Shown here: positions 55,522 to 64,000 of the stretch, one piece after another
Numbering within the stretch: position 1 is the first letter of the stretch
Layout: each line of letters starts with the position of its first letter
Origin: a virus
Taxonomy: Duplodnaviria > Caudoviricetes
IMG/VR virus record: IMGVR_UViG_3300032053_000004
Location: 64,001 to 128,000 of that record
Length of the DNA: 64,000 nucleotides
Direction: 5' to 3' (one strand)
The notes under the pieces: generated by a model
What the model saw: the letters and a program-made list of their open reading frames with translations, nothing else
What the model was told of the DNA's origin: nothing
The model's database searches: none
Translations under genes and position numbers: made by a program

Positions 55522-55582
55522 TCCTTTATAGGATCGTCTGGGTGCCTTTAGAATCTAACCCCAAGGTAATGAGGTAAGGAAA

Positions 55583-56395
55583 ATGCGCGTAGGATTTGTT
55601 CGATCAGACATTAGTCATCTTTACTTGAACGACATTGAAAATCGCTCTCAACGAGCTTTTTCGATGGAACCGGCTGGGCAAAGCCGTTATTTCCATCAGC
55701 CGACAAGTGCAGAGATCACTACGACTCTGAACACGTACGCTTTCCTATCTGTTCTTGCAACAGATGTGGCGGCAACTGTCGATACGTCAGTTAACAATAC
55801 GCTTCGAATTCGGAAGCTTGCCGCTGACGCATTTTCGATCATTGCTGTTCCTGCCGGCGTTGCTACGGCTAAGACGGATATCCGAGATTCTTTGAATCTC
55901 TCCTTCATAAATCTCGGGCTTCCATTTGTGGCTTCGATTACTGCACCGAATAAATTGCAGATAGATACGGCCGGTACGAATGCTGGTCCGACTGCTCGTA
56001 TGGAGATTGATTCCGTTGCTAACGGATCAACTCTTAACACGGCAGTCGGGTTCCCGGTTGGCGTTACGATCGTTTCTGGTATTTCGGCTGCCACTTTGAT
56101 CGCCACCGTTTACCCAACGTCAGTCACGATCAACGTGAGTACTGCCGCTATTACGGCCCTTTCAACGTTCGTGTTGCTTAGCGCGACGAAGCAAACGAAT
56201 TTGGTGAATGGAATTGCGAACACGATAGCTCCGCAGCTTGTGGAGTCTGGTCCTGTTCTTCTTTCGTTCGTTTACGGTGTGATTTCGAAACTTCGCTCGG
56301 CTACTTTCCAGCCTGGTGGAACTCGTTCTGGACTTCCAGCTGGAATCGCAGCTGCCGTGGTTCAGAATGATGGCGTGACAGTATATACTGTTTAG
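55583..56395 (+). CDS. abundant virion structural protein (putative)
   Basis: A/T/V-rich; codon style like MCP; strong SD; followed by a strong hairpin. Confidence 0.6.
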   Translation: MRVGFVRSDISHLYLNDIENRSQRAFSMEPAGQSRYFHQPTSAEITTTLNTYAFLSVLATDVAATVDTSVNNTLRIRKLAADAFSIIAVPAGVATAKTDIRDSLNLSFINLGLPFVASITAPNKLQIDTAGTNAGPTARMEIDSVANGSTLNTAVGFPVGVTIVSGISAATLIATVYPTSVTINVSTAAITALSTFVLLSATKQTNLVNGIANTIAPQLVESGPVLLSFVYGVISKLRSATFQPGGTRSGLPAGIAAAVVQNDGVTVYTV

Positions 56396-56426
56396 TCCAA
56401 TATGGATTTGGTTCTGTATGAACCCA

Positions 56427-56456
56427 AGATGAACCCTCCATTTGGAGGGTTCATCT
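56427..56456 (+). terminator. perfect hairpin, probable terminator
   Basis: AGATGAACCCTCC-ATTT-GGAGGGTTCATCT, 13-bp stem; U-tract weak. Confidence 0.7.
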
Positions 56457-56493
56457 GTATTAGACTTCTGTTTAGTATAGTCTTATAGATAAG

Positions 56494-56736
56494 ATGTCAG
56501 ACATACTAGACGAAGAACTTGAGACTCATGATATTTATTTATCAGCTTATTTGCTGATTTCCGGTTGTGTTTTAGTCAGACAACGTATGCAGGGTGCTCG
56601 TAAATATTTCATTTTTAAAAATCCGGCCGGCTCTATTAAAGATCTCCAAACGGCTTATTATTCAAATCAAACTTCTGTTAAACCACATCAATATGCGCAA
56701 CAGATAGTGGCTGTGAAGCAGATGTGCTTCAGCTAA
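56494..56736 (+). CDS. small hypothetical protein (DUF5659-like by eye)
   Basis: ETHDIYLSAYL...G...YFIF pattern. Confidence 0.6.
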   Translation: MSDILDEELETHDIYLSAYLLISGCVLVRQRMQGARKYFIFKNPAGSIKDLQTAYYSNQTSVKPHQYAQQIVAVKQMCFS

Positions 56737-56785
56737 ACGTTTGTTCAGTATTTACCCTCTAAGATTAATTTTCTTAATAAGGTTT

Positions 56786-57454
56786 ATGATGCACGGAGTA
56801 TCTATTTATGAATCGTATGACGGTCCGCCAATAGACGCGACCGAGTTCTGTCTTCATTCTGGGAATATAAACACTAGAAAAACAATTCTCGATAGTTTAT
56901 ATGGCCGATTTAAAAGTATCAGTGCTCATCTACCATCGTTTCTTCCTAGTTCTCAAATTGCTCAAGAAGTAGCTTTTGATGATGGAAGAATTGATTATTT
57001 TGTAGCTCATGTGACTAAGTATACCCCCTTCGCTGAATGGAAAAAGTACTTAGAACCAGGTAAGCGTATACTATTTGAAAATCATAATCAAGATTGGCAC
57101 CCGACAGATGCTGGTTGGTGTCGAGCTTCAGATTTTTCACCTATTGTAGACGCAGGTCATGAAATTTGTTTGGATTTAGGGCATATTTTATATAGTTGTT
57201 ATTCTCGTGGGAATATCGGAGAATCAGAACAAATATTTCAAGAATTTCTACAATTACCGATTGCTTCTGTTCATGTTCATACAATGGATTCTACTATGGA
57301 CCATAGTTTGACTGGTTATGACATAGGCCCTTGGGTTCGGGCTATTGAGACGAAATGGCCTAAAGCTATTTTATTGGTGGAAGTCATGGACCCAAAATAT
57401 TCGGTTGAAGATAAAATCCAAGCTTTATCGGCTTGGAGTACCATTTCTGGTTAG
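56786..57454 (+). CDS. xylose-isomerase/AP-endonuclease-2-like TIM barrel metalloenzyme
   Basis: ILFEN, CLDLGH, VHVH..D...DH and LVEV metal-ligand spacing; start probably ATG 56786. Confidence 0.7.
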   Translation: MMHGVSIYESYDGPPIDATEFCLHSGNINTRKTILDSLYGRFKSISAHLPSFLPSSQIAQEVAFDDGRIDYFVAHVTKYTPFAEWKKYLEPGKRILFENHNQDWHPTDAGWCRASDFSPIVDAGHEICLDLGHILYSCYSRGNIGESEQIFQEFLQLPIASVHVHTMDSTMDHSLTGYDIGPWVRAIETKWPKAILLVEVMDPKYSVEDKIQALSAWSTISG

Positions 57455-57476
57455 CTCTTTATCATCGTTTAAATGT

Positions 57477-57881
57477 ATGAGCCGTCTTTTACCAGCAGGC
57501 ACAGTCGTGTATGATATAACGGAAGTATTTTTTCCCGTTAATACTGTGAATCGGGTTTCCGGTTTAACCTATTCTTCAGTCATATCGACAAATTTTGTAA
57601 ATAATAACCCATTGAATTGGCCAATTGCTGACGGGACAGCAATTCAAAGCGGTCAGATTCTTTCTGGAAAAATTTATTTTAATGAAATTTCCGGAAATCC
57701 TGGTTTTTATTCCATTCGGTTCTTACCGGACCGAATGGGCTTTTGGAGGTTGGTACTGAATTTCGCTGCATATAGCACTGAATTTTCTGCAGACTATGAT
57801 ATAATCCCGGCTGGAGCCTTTACCCCAAGTGCTTCAACTGGTGGTTTAACTGCTTCTTTTCTCAACAATTCAACTTGCTAA
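57477..57881 (+). CDS. putative virion Ig-like protein
   Basis: Start reassigned to MSRLLPAG; YFNEISGNPGFYSIRFLPDR.GFWRL beta pattern. Confidence 0.6.
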   Translation: MSRLLPAGTVVYDITEVFFPVNTVNRVSGLTYSSVISTNFVNNNPLNWPIADGTAIQSGQILSGKIYFNEISGNPGFYSIRFLPDRMGFWRLVLNFAAYSTEFSADYDIIPAGAFTPSASTGGLTASFLNNSTC

Positions 57882-57884
57882 AAA

Positions 57885-59153
57885 ATGGCAATTTTTCTTG
57901 TCGGATCAACTTTAACTCGTGGAGATTTACAGATCAAACTCCACAACGATCTTGGTTATCTCCAAGATGGGATAGACGTACGTTGGTCAATAACTACATT
58001 TAATGGAGAACCCGTATCAGGTTCAAAACTTCCCGCCATAAAACAAGATACGGGAACTTATTATGCTCCATGGCAGTCTAACGTTAAAAACGGAAACTAT
58101 ATAATTAAATGGGAATATCAAGAAAATCATTGTGAATCTGTAAAATGTGCAGAGCAAAATTTCTTTATTGTTGATCCTTCAAGCTATAATTGTAATCCTT
58201 GTCGTGTTTGTGATACTGGTTTCCCAGAAAAAGGCGGGTATGCTTTCTTAACCGGTTCTCTTTTAGGAAGGAACGATCTTCCTCTTTATTTGAAAAACAG
58301 TGCCGGTTTACCTGCTGATGCTTTCATGGTTTTTTGGACCATTTTGAATGCAGCAGGTCGTCCTATCAACCCACGAACGATTGCTGATCGTGCGACAATA
58401 GGGGAATATTTTGCAAGTTGGTTTGTTGCTGTTCAAAGTGGGGATTATAGGATAAAGTGGGATTGGCAAGAAACTTCTGATTCTCCTCAAACTTCATCTT
58501 GTATTGATTTTTCTGTCATAAATCCGCCGCTTCCATACGCAGTTATGATTTTAGTACCATGCAATGTTATTACTCCTGATTGCGCTCTTAATCCGATAGT
58601 TGTTCCTGGCGTTCTTGTTGCGTGTTGTGATCAGGTCCGTGTTTGTCCAACACCGATGGCTCCTTGTCCTTGTCCTTCTCCAATTTTTGCAACGATTCCT
58701 ATTCCTATGCCAGGTCCTTCAAATTGTTGTGATTTTGAGATCCCGAGAGTTGTTCATCTCGCTTCTCAAGCTTTACCATCGGGCGGTGGATACACGAATC
58801 AACCATCGTACATAATCCCTTCTGGTGTTAGAAAAATTTGTTTTTATATCAATTATACACGTGGTGTTGTTGGCGGTTTTGCAACTTATAGAATCATGTG
58901 GGGGAATGGAACAGAAGAAACTCAAGAAACTTTGATTGATACCTTCGTAGTTGGAGATGATCAAAATGCTTCTCAAGCCATGTTCTTACAAGATCTAGAA
59001 GGTCCTATACCTCAGTCTAACTCTTCAGTTAATTTTATGATTGAAGTCAGCGTTCCCGGAGGACCTAAGACAGTAAGAGTTTTAGCAGCTGAAAAAGGAA
59101 AACCGGGATCACCGGGAACTACTGCAATAACTTTAACAGCCTCTTCGGATTAA
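57885..59153 (+). CDS. virion protein with two tandem Ig-like repeats, Cys/Pro linker and C-terminal beta domain
   Basis: LTRGDL.I.L.N..G...G.YYA.W.....GNY.IKWEYQ is duplicated as LGRNDL...KN..G...GEYFA.W.....GDYRIKWDWQ. Confidence 0.75.
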   Translation: MAIFLVGSTLTRGDLQIKLHNDLGYLQDGIDVRWSITTFNGEPVSGSKLPAIKQDTGTYYAPWQSNVKNGNYIIKWEYQENHCESVKCAEQNFFIVDPSSYNCNPCRVCDTGFPEKGGYAFLTGSLLGRNDLPLYLKNSAGLPADAFMVFWTILNAAGRPINPRTIADRATIGEYFASWFVAVQSGDYRIKWDWQETSDSPQTSSCIDFSVINPPLPYAVMILVPCNVITPDCALNPIVVPGVLVACCDQVRVCPTPMAPCPCPSPIFATIPIPMPGPSNCCDFEIPRVVHLASQALPSGGGYTNQPSYIIPSGVRKICFYINYTRGVVGGFATYRIMWGNGTEETQETLIDTFVVGDDQNASQAMFLQDLEGPIPQSNSSVNFMIEVSVPGGPKTVRVLAAEKGKPGSPGTTAITLTASSD

Positions 59154-59156
59154 TTT

Positions 59157-62100
59157 TTGTCAGTAGACAACCCAAGAGGTGCAAGAGGCTTTATCGGACC
59201 GACAGGCCCGGCTGGATCGACAGGTCCAACGGGCGCTATTGGGCCTGTCGGTACTCAAGGCTCTCCGGGTGCTCCTGGTCCAACTGGTCCAACTGGTGCT
59301 ATTGGTCCTATTGGTACTCAAGGTGTTACTGGGCCTCAAGGATCTCCAGGCCCCACAGGCCCGATAGGTCCGACAGGTCCGACAGGTCCGCAGGGTTCAC
59401 CTGGTTCACCTGGTTCCACTGGATTGATTGGACCTCAGGGGTCTCCTGGTTCACCTGGTCCCACAGGGCCTCAAGGTTCTCCCGGTGTAACCGGTTTAAC
59501 CGGAGCAACGGGTCCTCAAGGTTCCCCTGGTTCCCCTGGTTCCCCTGGCCCCACAGGACCTCAGGGATCACCTGGATCACCTGGCCCCACTGGACCTCGA
59601 GGAACTCAAGGGTCACCTGGTCCAACAGGACCACAGGGGTCTCCTGGTTCCCCCGGCCCCACTGGTGTAACAGGGCCTCAGGGCTCTCCTGGTTCCCCCG
59701 GCCCCACTGGACCCCAGGGTTCTCCTGGCCCCACTGGACCTCAAGGATCGCCGGGTAGTCCTGGTCCAACTGGACCACAAGGTTCACCTGGTTCACCTGG
59801 TTCACCTGGATCACCTGGCCCAACTGGCCCACGTGGTTCTCCCGGTTCACCTGGTTCTCCCGGTTCACCTGGTTCTCCCGGCCCCACTGGACCCCAGGGT
59901 TCTCCTGGCCCCACAGGGCTTCAAGGAACCCAGGGTTCACCTGGTTCTCCTGGACCAACTGGACCAACTGGACCCCAGGGTTCTCCTGGCCCTACAGGCC
60001 CTCAGGGTTCTCCAGGTTCTCCTGGCCCAACTGGTCCTACTGGACCCCAGGGATCACCTGGCCCCACTGGACCCCAGGGTTCTCCTGGCCTGCGTGGGGT
60101 TACTGGAGCTACCGGTCCAACCGGAGCGCGTGGCCCCACTGGACCAACGGGGCCAGTTGGACCAACGGGGCCTCAGGGTTCTCCTGGTAGTCCCGGTCCT
60201 ACTGGTCTGCAAGGCCCGATAGGATCCCCTGGTCCAACCGGTCCTCAAGGTTCTCTTGGATCCCCAGGTCCCGCCGGTCTACAAGGGCCGGTTGGTTCAC
60301 CTGGATTAACTGGACCTCAAGGCCCTCAGGGTTCTCCTGGCCCAACAGGACCAACAGGACCAATTGGTCCTGTACCTTCTTTTTATCCTGCTCCTGTTAG
60401 TACAGCTGTCTTTTCTGGTTTTCAGGCTACACATTCAATATTCACTTCAATTCCTAGCTCTTATATATCTTTAAATTTAAATTCTGAAGCTGATATTATT
60501 TCTTTCTTAAATGTTGCTATTGATTCTTCTGGTGGATCGGTAAACAACACTCCAATAATAAGAATTGTTATCGATAACATACCTGGACCCGAATTTCAAT
60601 TATTCAACGCAAACGCTCAACCTGAAAATTCTTCGGCGGCTTATGTTCTTCGTCGTCCTGCTGGCGTTCACACTTTATGGGGAGAGTGGCGTCGCTCGGC
60701 TGGTAATCGAGTTATGGTTTTGGAGAATGGCTCTCTCGTAGCTTTCTCCAATCAAGGGGTTCAAGGAGCGACTGGCCCACAAGGGCCAACCGGTCCCGCA
60801 GGTGCAACCGGTTCCCAAGGATTAATAGGTTCTCAAGGATTCCAAGGTTCTCCTGGTCCTATTGGACCTCAAGGTGCAACAGGACTGGTCGGACCGACAG
60901 GACCGATTGGTTCTCCAGGCCCGACAGGTCCTCAAGGTGCAACTGGTTTAGCAGGTGAAACTGGTCCTATCGGTCCTCAAGGAACTCAAGGAACAACAGG
61001 AACTCAAGGAGCAACAGGTGTCCAAGGCGTAACTGGATCGACAGGTCCTCAAGGCTCGATTGGTTCCCAAGGATCACCCGGGCCACCTGGTCCAACTGGT
61101 GCCCAGGGTGCAACTGGTGCCCAGGGTGCAACTGGTGTCCAGGGTGCAACTGGATCGACAGGTCCTATCGGTCCACAAGGAACTCAGGGTTCTCCAGGGC
61201 CAACCGGTCCGCAAGGTTCTCCAGGATCAACTGGTGCTGCAGGGTCTACGGGTGTTACAGGACCGCAGGGAAACCCTGGCTCACCGGGTCCTACTGGTCC
61301 AACCGGTCCTCAGGGTTCTCCCGGTCCGACTGGACCTCAAGGATCACCAGGTTCAACCGGACCACAAGGTTCCCCTGGTTCTCCAGGATCGACTGGCGCA
61401 GCAGGTTCCACAGGTCCTCAGGGTTCCCCTGGCTCACCTGGCCCCACTGGACCTCAGGGTTCCCCTGGGTCTCCAGGTCCGACTGGTCCTGCTGGGTCCA
61501 CTGGTGTTACTGGGCCCCAAGGCTCACCGGGGTCTCCAGGACCAACAGGTCCTCAGGGTTCCCCTGGGTCTCCAGGTCCGACTGGTCCTGCTGGAGCCAC
61601 TGGAGCCACGGGTCCTCAGGGCTCTCCAGGTCCTACAGGCCCAGTGGGTCCGACTGGAGTAACTGGGGCCACAGGGCCACAGGGTTCACCTGGTTCTCCA
61701 GGGCCAACTGGCGCACCGGGTCAGACCGGGGTTACTGGACCTCAAGGTTCACCCGGTCCGACTGGTCCTCAGGGTTCACCCGGTAGTACAGGACCAACAG
61801 GTCCTCAGGGTTCCCCTGGCTCACCTGGCCCCACTGGACCTCAGGGTTCCCCTGGGTCTCCAGGTCCGATTGGTCCTCAAGGTTTCCCAGGCTCACCAGG
61901 TCCAACTGGCGCCGCTGGCCCCCAAGGAAGTCCAGGTTCTCCAGGGCCAACTGGCGCAGCTGGGCCTACCGGTGTTACAGGTGCGACTGGGCCTCAAGGT
62001 TCACCTGGGTCTCCTGGCCCCACAGGCCCTCAAGGCTCACCTGGCCCCACAGGCCAAGCTGGTGCTACTGGCGCTCAAGGAAGCTCCGGATCCCCAGGGC

Positions 62101-64000
62101 CTACAGGAGCAGCAGGTCCAACAGGTCCAACAGGTTCCATCGGTCCTCAAGGAACTCAAGGAACTCAAGGTTCACTTGGCTCCCCAGGCCCAACGGGACC
62201 TCAAGGCTCCCCTGGACCGACAGGTCCCCAAGGTCTCACGGGTGTAACTGGTCCACAAGGCTCACCAGGTCCAACTGGTGCAGCAGGTTTTACTGGGGTT
62301 ACTGGACCTCAGGGTTCACCTGGTCCCACCGGTCCGGCAGGGCCTACTGGCGTTACGGGGCCTCAAGGTTCTCCTGGTCCGACTGGCCCACAGGGTTCTC
62401 CAGGAAGTCCTGGACCCACGGGAGCAGCAGGTCCAACCGGAGTTATTGGAGCCACTGGGCCTCAAGGTAGTCCTGGACTTACGGGACCGCAGGGCTCACC
62501 CGGTCTTACAGGTCCTCAAGGAAGTCCAGGCTCCCCAGGTCCAACGGGTCCTGCTGGATCTACTGGAGTAACGGGAGCAGCTGGCCCCGCAGGTGTCACT
62601 GGTGCAACTGGTCCTCAGGGTAGTCCAGGAAGTCCTGGGGCTACTGGACCTCAAGGATCACCTGGATCGCCAGGACCTACTGGACCTCAAGGCTCCCCAG
62701 GCTTGCCTGGCCCGACTGGACCTCAAGGCTCACCAGGCAGTCCGGGATCGCCTGGCCCTACGGGGCCACAAGGTAGTCCTGGTCCAACAGGACCACAAGG
62801 CTCACTTGGTTCTCCGGGCCCAACAGGTCCCCAGGGATCTCCTGGTAGTCCAGGTGTAACTGGAGTGGCCGGGCCTATTGGTGCAACTGGAGCTACTGGT
62901 CCTCAAGGCTCCCCCGGTCCTACTGGTCCTCTTGGATCTCCAGGTCCCATTGGACCTCAAGGGTCTCCTGGATCACCTGGCCCCACTGGTGCTGCGGGTC
63001 CACAAGGGTCTCCTGGAAGTCCAGGCCCCACTGGAGCAGCTGGCCCCACAGGTGTCACTGGTGCGACTGGGCCTCAAGGCTCACCTGGGCCACAAGGACC
63101 TCAGGGAACTCAAGGTAGCCCTGGTCCCACTGGGCCTCAGGGCTCACCAGGCTCGCCTGGTCCCACTGGAGCTATTGGAGCTATTGGAGCCACTGGTCCT
63201 CAAGGCTCCCCCGGTCCTACTGGTCCTCAGGGATCACCTGGCCCCACAGGCCCCTTAGGTAGCCCAGGAACACAGGGATCCCCAGGCTCGCCTGGTCCTA
63301 CTGGTCCACAGGGCTCTCCAGGACCTACTGGTCCACAGGGAAGTCCAGGTAGCCCTGGACCAACGGGTGCTGCTGGACTTACTGGTGTTACAGGCGCTAC
63401 TGGTCCACAGGGCTCTCCAGGACCTACTGGTCCACAAGGTTCACTAGGTAGTCCTGGTCCAACCGGTCCTCAGGGTAGTCCGGGATCAGCGGGGCCTCAG
63501 GGTTCGCCAGGACCAACCGGACCTCAAGGAGCAACTGGACCGCAAGGTTCAACAGGGCCACAAGGATCTCTTGGATCCCCAGGACCAACTGGGCCTCAGG
63601 GATCACCAGGACCAACTGGTATAGCTGGCCCCACTGGTGTCACAGGAGCAACTGGACCTCAAGGGTCACCTGGGTCCCCAGGTCCGACTGGTCCTCAGGG
63701 ATCACCTGGTAGCCCTGGACCAACCGGTCCGCAAGGTTCCCTTGGATCCCCTGGACCAACGGGAGCTGCTGGAGCCACAGGTGTCACTGGAGCCACTGGA
63801 CCTCAGGGTTCTCCGGGTCCAACCGGACCTCAAGGTTCTCCAGGTTCACTTGGCCCCACTGGGCCTCAGGGTAGCCTGGGTCCCACAGGGCCACAAGGTA
63901 GCCCTGGTTCTCCAGGTCCAACTGGCCCTCAAGGATCACCAGGAAGTCCTGGTCCTACAGGAGCAGCTGGCCCTACTGGTGTTACCGGTGCCACAGGCCC
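59157..64000 (+). CDS. very long collagen-like fibre protein with an internal globular domain (3'-truncated, missed by the ORF track)
   Basis: Frame open from TTG 59157 ([16 protein letters not shown]..) and still in Gly-X-Y phase at base 64000; about 128-aa non-collagen beta domain at 60375-60755. Confidence 0.93.
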   Translation, partial: MSVDNPRGARGFIGPTGPAGSTGPTGAIGPVGTQGSPGAPGPTGPTGAIGPIGTQGVTGPQGSPGPTGPIGPTGPTGPQGSPGSPGSTGLIGPQGSPGSPGPTGPQGSPGVTGLTGATGPQGSPGSPGSPGPTGPQGSPGSPGPTGPRGTQGSPGPTGPQGSPGSPGPTGVTGPQGSPGSPGPTGPQGSPGPTGPQGSPGSPGPTGPQGSPGSPGSPGSPGPTGPRGSPGSPGSPGSPGSPGPTGPQGSPGPTGLQGTQGSPGSPGPTGPTGPQGSPGPTGPQGSPGSPGPTGPTGPQGSPGPTGPQGSPGLRGVTGATGPTGARGPTGPTGPVGPTGPQGSPGSPGPTGLQGPIGSPGPTGPQGSLGSPGPAGLQGPVGSPGLTGPQGPQGSPGPTGPTGPIGPVPSFYPAPVSTAVFSGFQATHSIFTSIPSSYISLNLNSEADIISFLNVAIDSSGGSVNNTPIIRIVIDNIPGPEFQLFNANAQPENSSAAYVLRRPAGVHTLWGEWRRSAGNRVMVLENGSLVAFSNQGVQGATGPQGPTGPAGATGSQGLIGSQGFQGSPGPIGPQGATGLVGPTGPIGSPGPTGPQGATGLAGETGPIGPQGTQGTTGTQGATGVQGVTGSTGPQGSIGSQGSPGPPGPTGAQGATGAQGATGVQGATGSTGPIGPQGTQGSPGPTGPQGSPGSTGAAGSTGVTGPQGNPGSPGPTGPTGPQGSPGPTGPQGSPGSTGPQGSPGSPGSTGAAGSTGPQGSPGSPGPTGPQGSPGSPGPTGPAGSTGVTGPQGSPGSPGPTGPQGSPGSPGPTGPAGATGATGPQGSPGPTGPVGPTGVTGATGPQGSPGSPGPTGAPGQTGVTGPQGSPGPTGPQGSPGSTGPTGPQGSPGSPGPTGPQGSPGSPGPIGPQGFPGSPGPTGAAGPQGSPGSPGPTGAAGPTGVTGATGPQGSPGSPGPTGPQGSPGPTGQAGATGAQGSSGSPGPTGAAGPTGPTGSIGPQGTQGTQGSLGSPGPTGPQGSPGPTGPQGLTGVTGPQGSPGPTGAAGFTGVTGPQGSPGPTGPAGPTGVTGPQGSPGPTGPQGSPGSPGPTGAAGPTGVIGATGPQGSPGLTGPQGSPGLTGPQGSPGSPGPTGPAGSTGVTGAAGPAGVTGATGPQGSPGSPGATGPQGSPGSPGPTGPQGSPGLPGPTGPQGSPGSPGSPGPTGPQGSPGPTGPQGSLGSPGPTGPQGSPGSPGVTGVAGPIGATGATGPQGSPGPTGPLGSPGPIGPQGSPGSPGPTGAAGPQGSPGSPGPTGAAGPTGVTGATGPQGSPGPQGPQGTQGSPGPTGPQGSPGSPGPTGAIGAIGATGPQGSPGPTGPQGSPGPTGPLGSPGTQGSPGSPGPTGPQGSPGPTGPQGSPGSPGPTGAAGLTGVTGATGPQGSPGPTGPQGSLGSPGPTGPQGSPGSAGPQGSPGPTGPQGATGPQGSTGPQGSLGSPGPTGPQGSPGPTGIAGPTGVTGATGPQGSPGSPGPTGPQGSPGSPGPTGPQGSLGSPGPTGAAGATGVTGATGPQGSPGPTGPQGSPGSLGPTGPQGSLGPTGPQGSPGSPGPTGPQGSPGSPGPTGAAGPTGVTGATG
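59178..60374 (+). repeat. collagen Gly-X-Y block 1 (about 133 triplets)
   Basis: Gly codons at 59178 and 60366 are 1188 nt = 132x9 apart; GPT/GPQ/GSP dominate. Confidence 0.95.
60756..64000 (+). repeat. collagen Gly-X-Y block 2 (at least about 360 triplets)
   Basis: Gly codons at 60756 and 63960 are 3204 nt = 356x9 apart. Confidence 0.95.

Noticed and set aside
4895-56790. TTAATA as a late-promoter consensus (4900, 21005, 22480, 36991, 38004, 54269, 56774)
   Set aside because: Too AT-rich and too variably spaced from the start codons to separate from background without statistics
4875-57476. ORF-track starts at 4875, 35470, 48488, 49026, 49381, 56741 and 57345
   Set aside because: Downstream starts (4905, 35518, 48461, 49017, 49390, 56786, 57477) fit better with paralog alignment, SD or -10 spacing, or absence of long overlaps
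59179-63615. The many Leu/Val/Gln-rich ORFs listed in the track over the collagen region
   Set aside because: They are off-frame or antisense shadows of the GGN-CCN-NNN periodicity; the real frame is the unlisted one starting at 59157
1-64000. Alternative genetic code (TAG or TGA recoding, seen in some large phages)
   Set aside because: Recognised enzymes are full length in code 11, and genes end in TAA, TAG and TGA at sensible positions
1-64000. CRISPR array, tRNA or rRNA genes
   Set aside because: No regularly spaced repeat-spacer series or cloverleaf with T-loop/CCA was recognised by eye; all tandem repeats are in-frame coding repeats. tRNAscan and CRISPR finders were not run

Overview
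Part of a large (jumbo-type) tailed dsDNA bacteriophage genome. It is AT-rich, densely coding and uses standard genetic code 11. No tRNA, rRNA or CRISPR array was recognised. (1) 1-21 kb: a replication, recombination and transcription module with bacterial-type clamp-loader subunits (delta', delta, gamma/tau), a probable beta clamp, class II RNR, an NAD-dependent ligase split into two halves on opposite strands, RecD2, Mre11/SbcD with a half-SbcC, a Cas4-like nuclease, primase, NusG, a 5'-3' exonuclease and a tandem sigma4 protein. (2) 21.5-43 kb: head morphogenesis genes (TerL, portal, prohead protease, scaffold, decoration, major capsid) mixed with many acidic or low-complexity unknown proteins and two GIY-YIG elements, one of them decayed. 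(3) 43-53 kb: accessory genes, including a minus-strand block with a GT51 peptidoglycan transglycosylase and an endonuclease/Mom-like acyltransferase fusion. (4) 54-64 kb: virion genes, ending in a very long collagen-like fibre that the ORF track missed and that runs off the window. The strongest candidate for an undescribed system is a peptide addressing and maturation code. A 43-aa leader is fused to three unrelated cargo domains, and recurring [IV]A[SA][RK][IV]A and [KR]-x-A motifs appear across a dozen or more genes; together these suggest capsid-cargo loading and protease processing (inference). A second pattern is G-TANNNT located 5-7 nt upstream of many start codons, suggesting leaderless transcription gene by gene. 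All product calls come from motifs read by eye; no database search was run.
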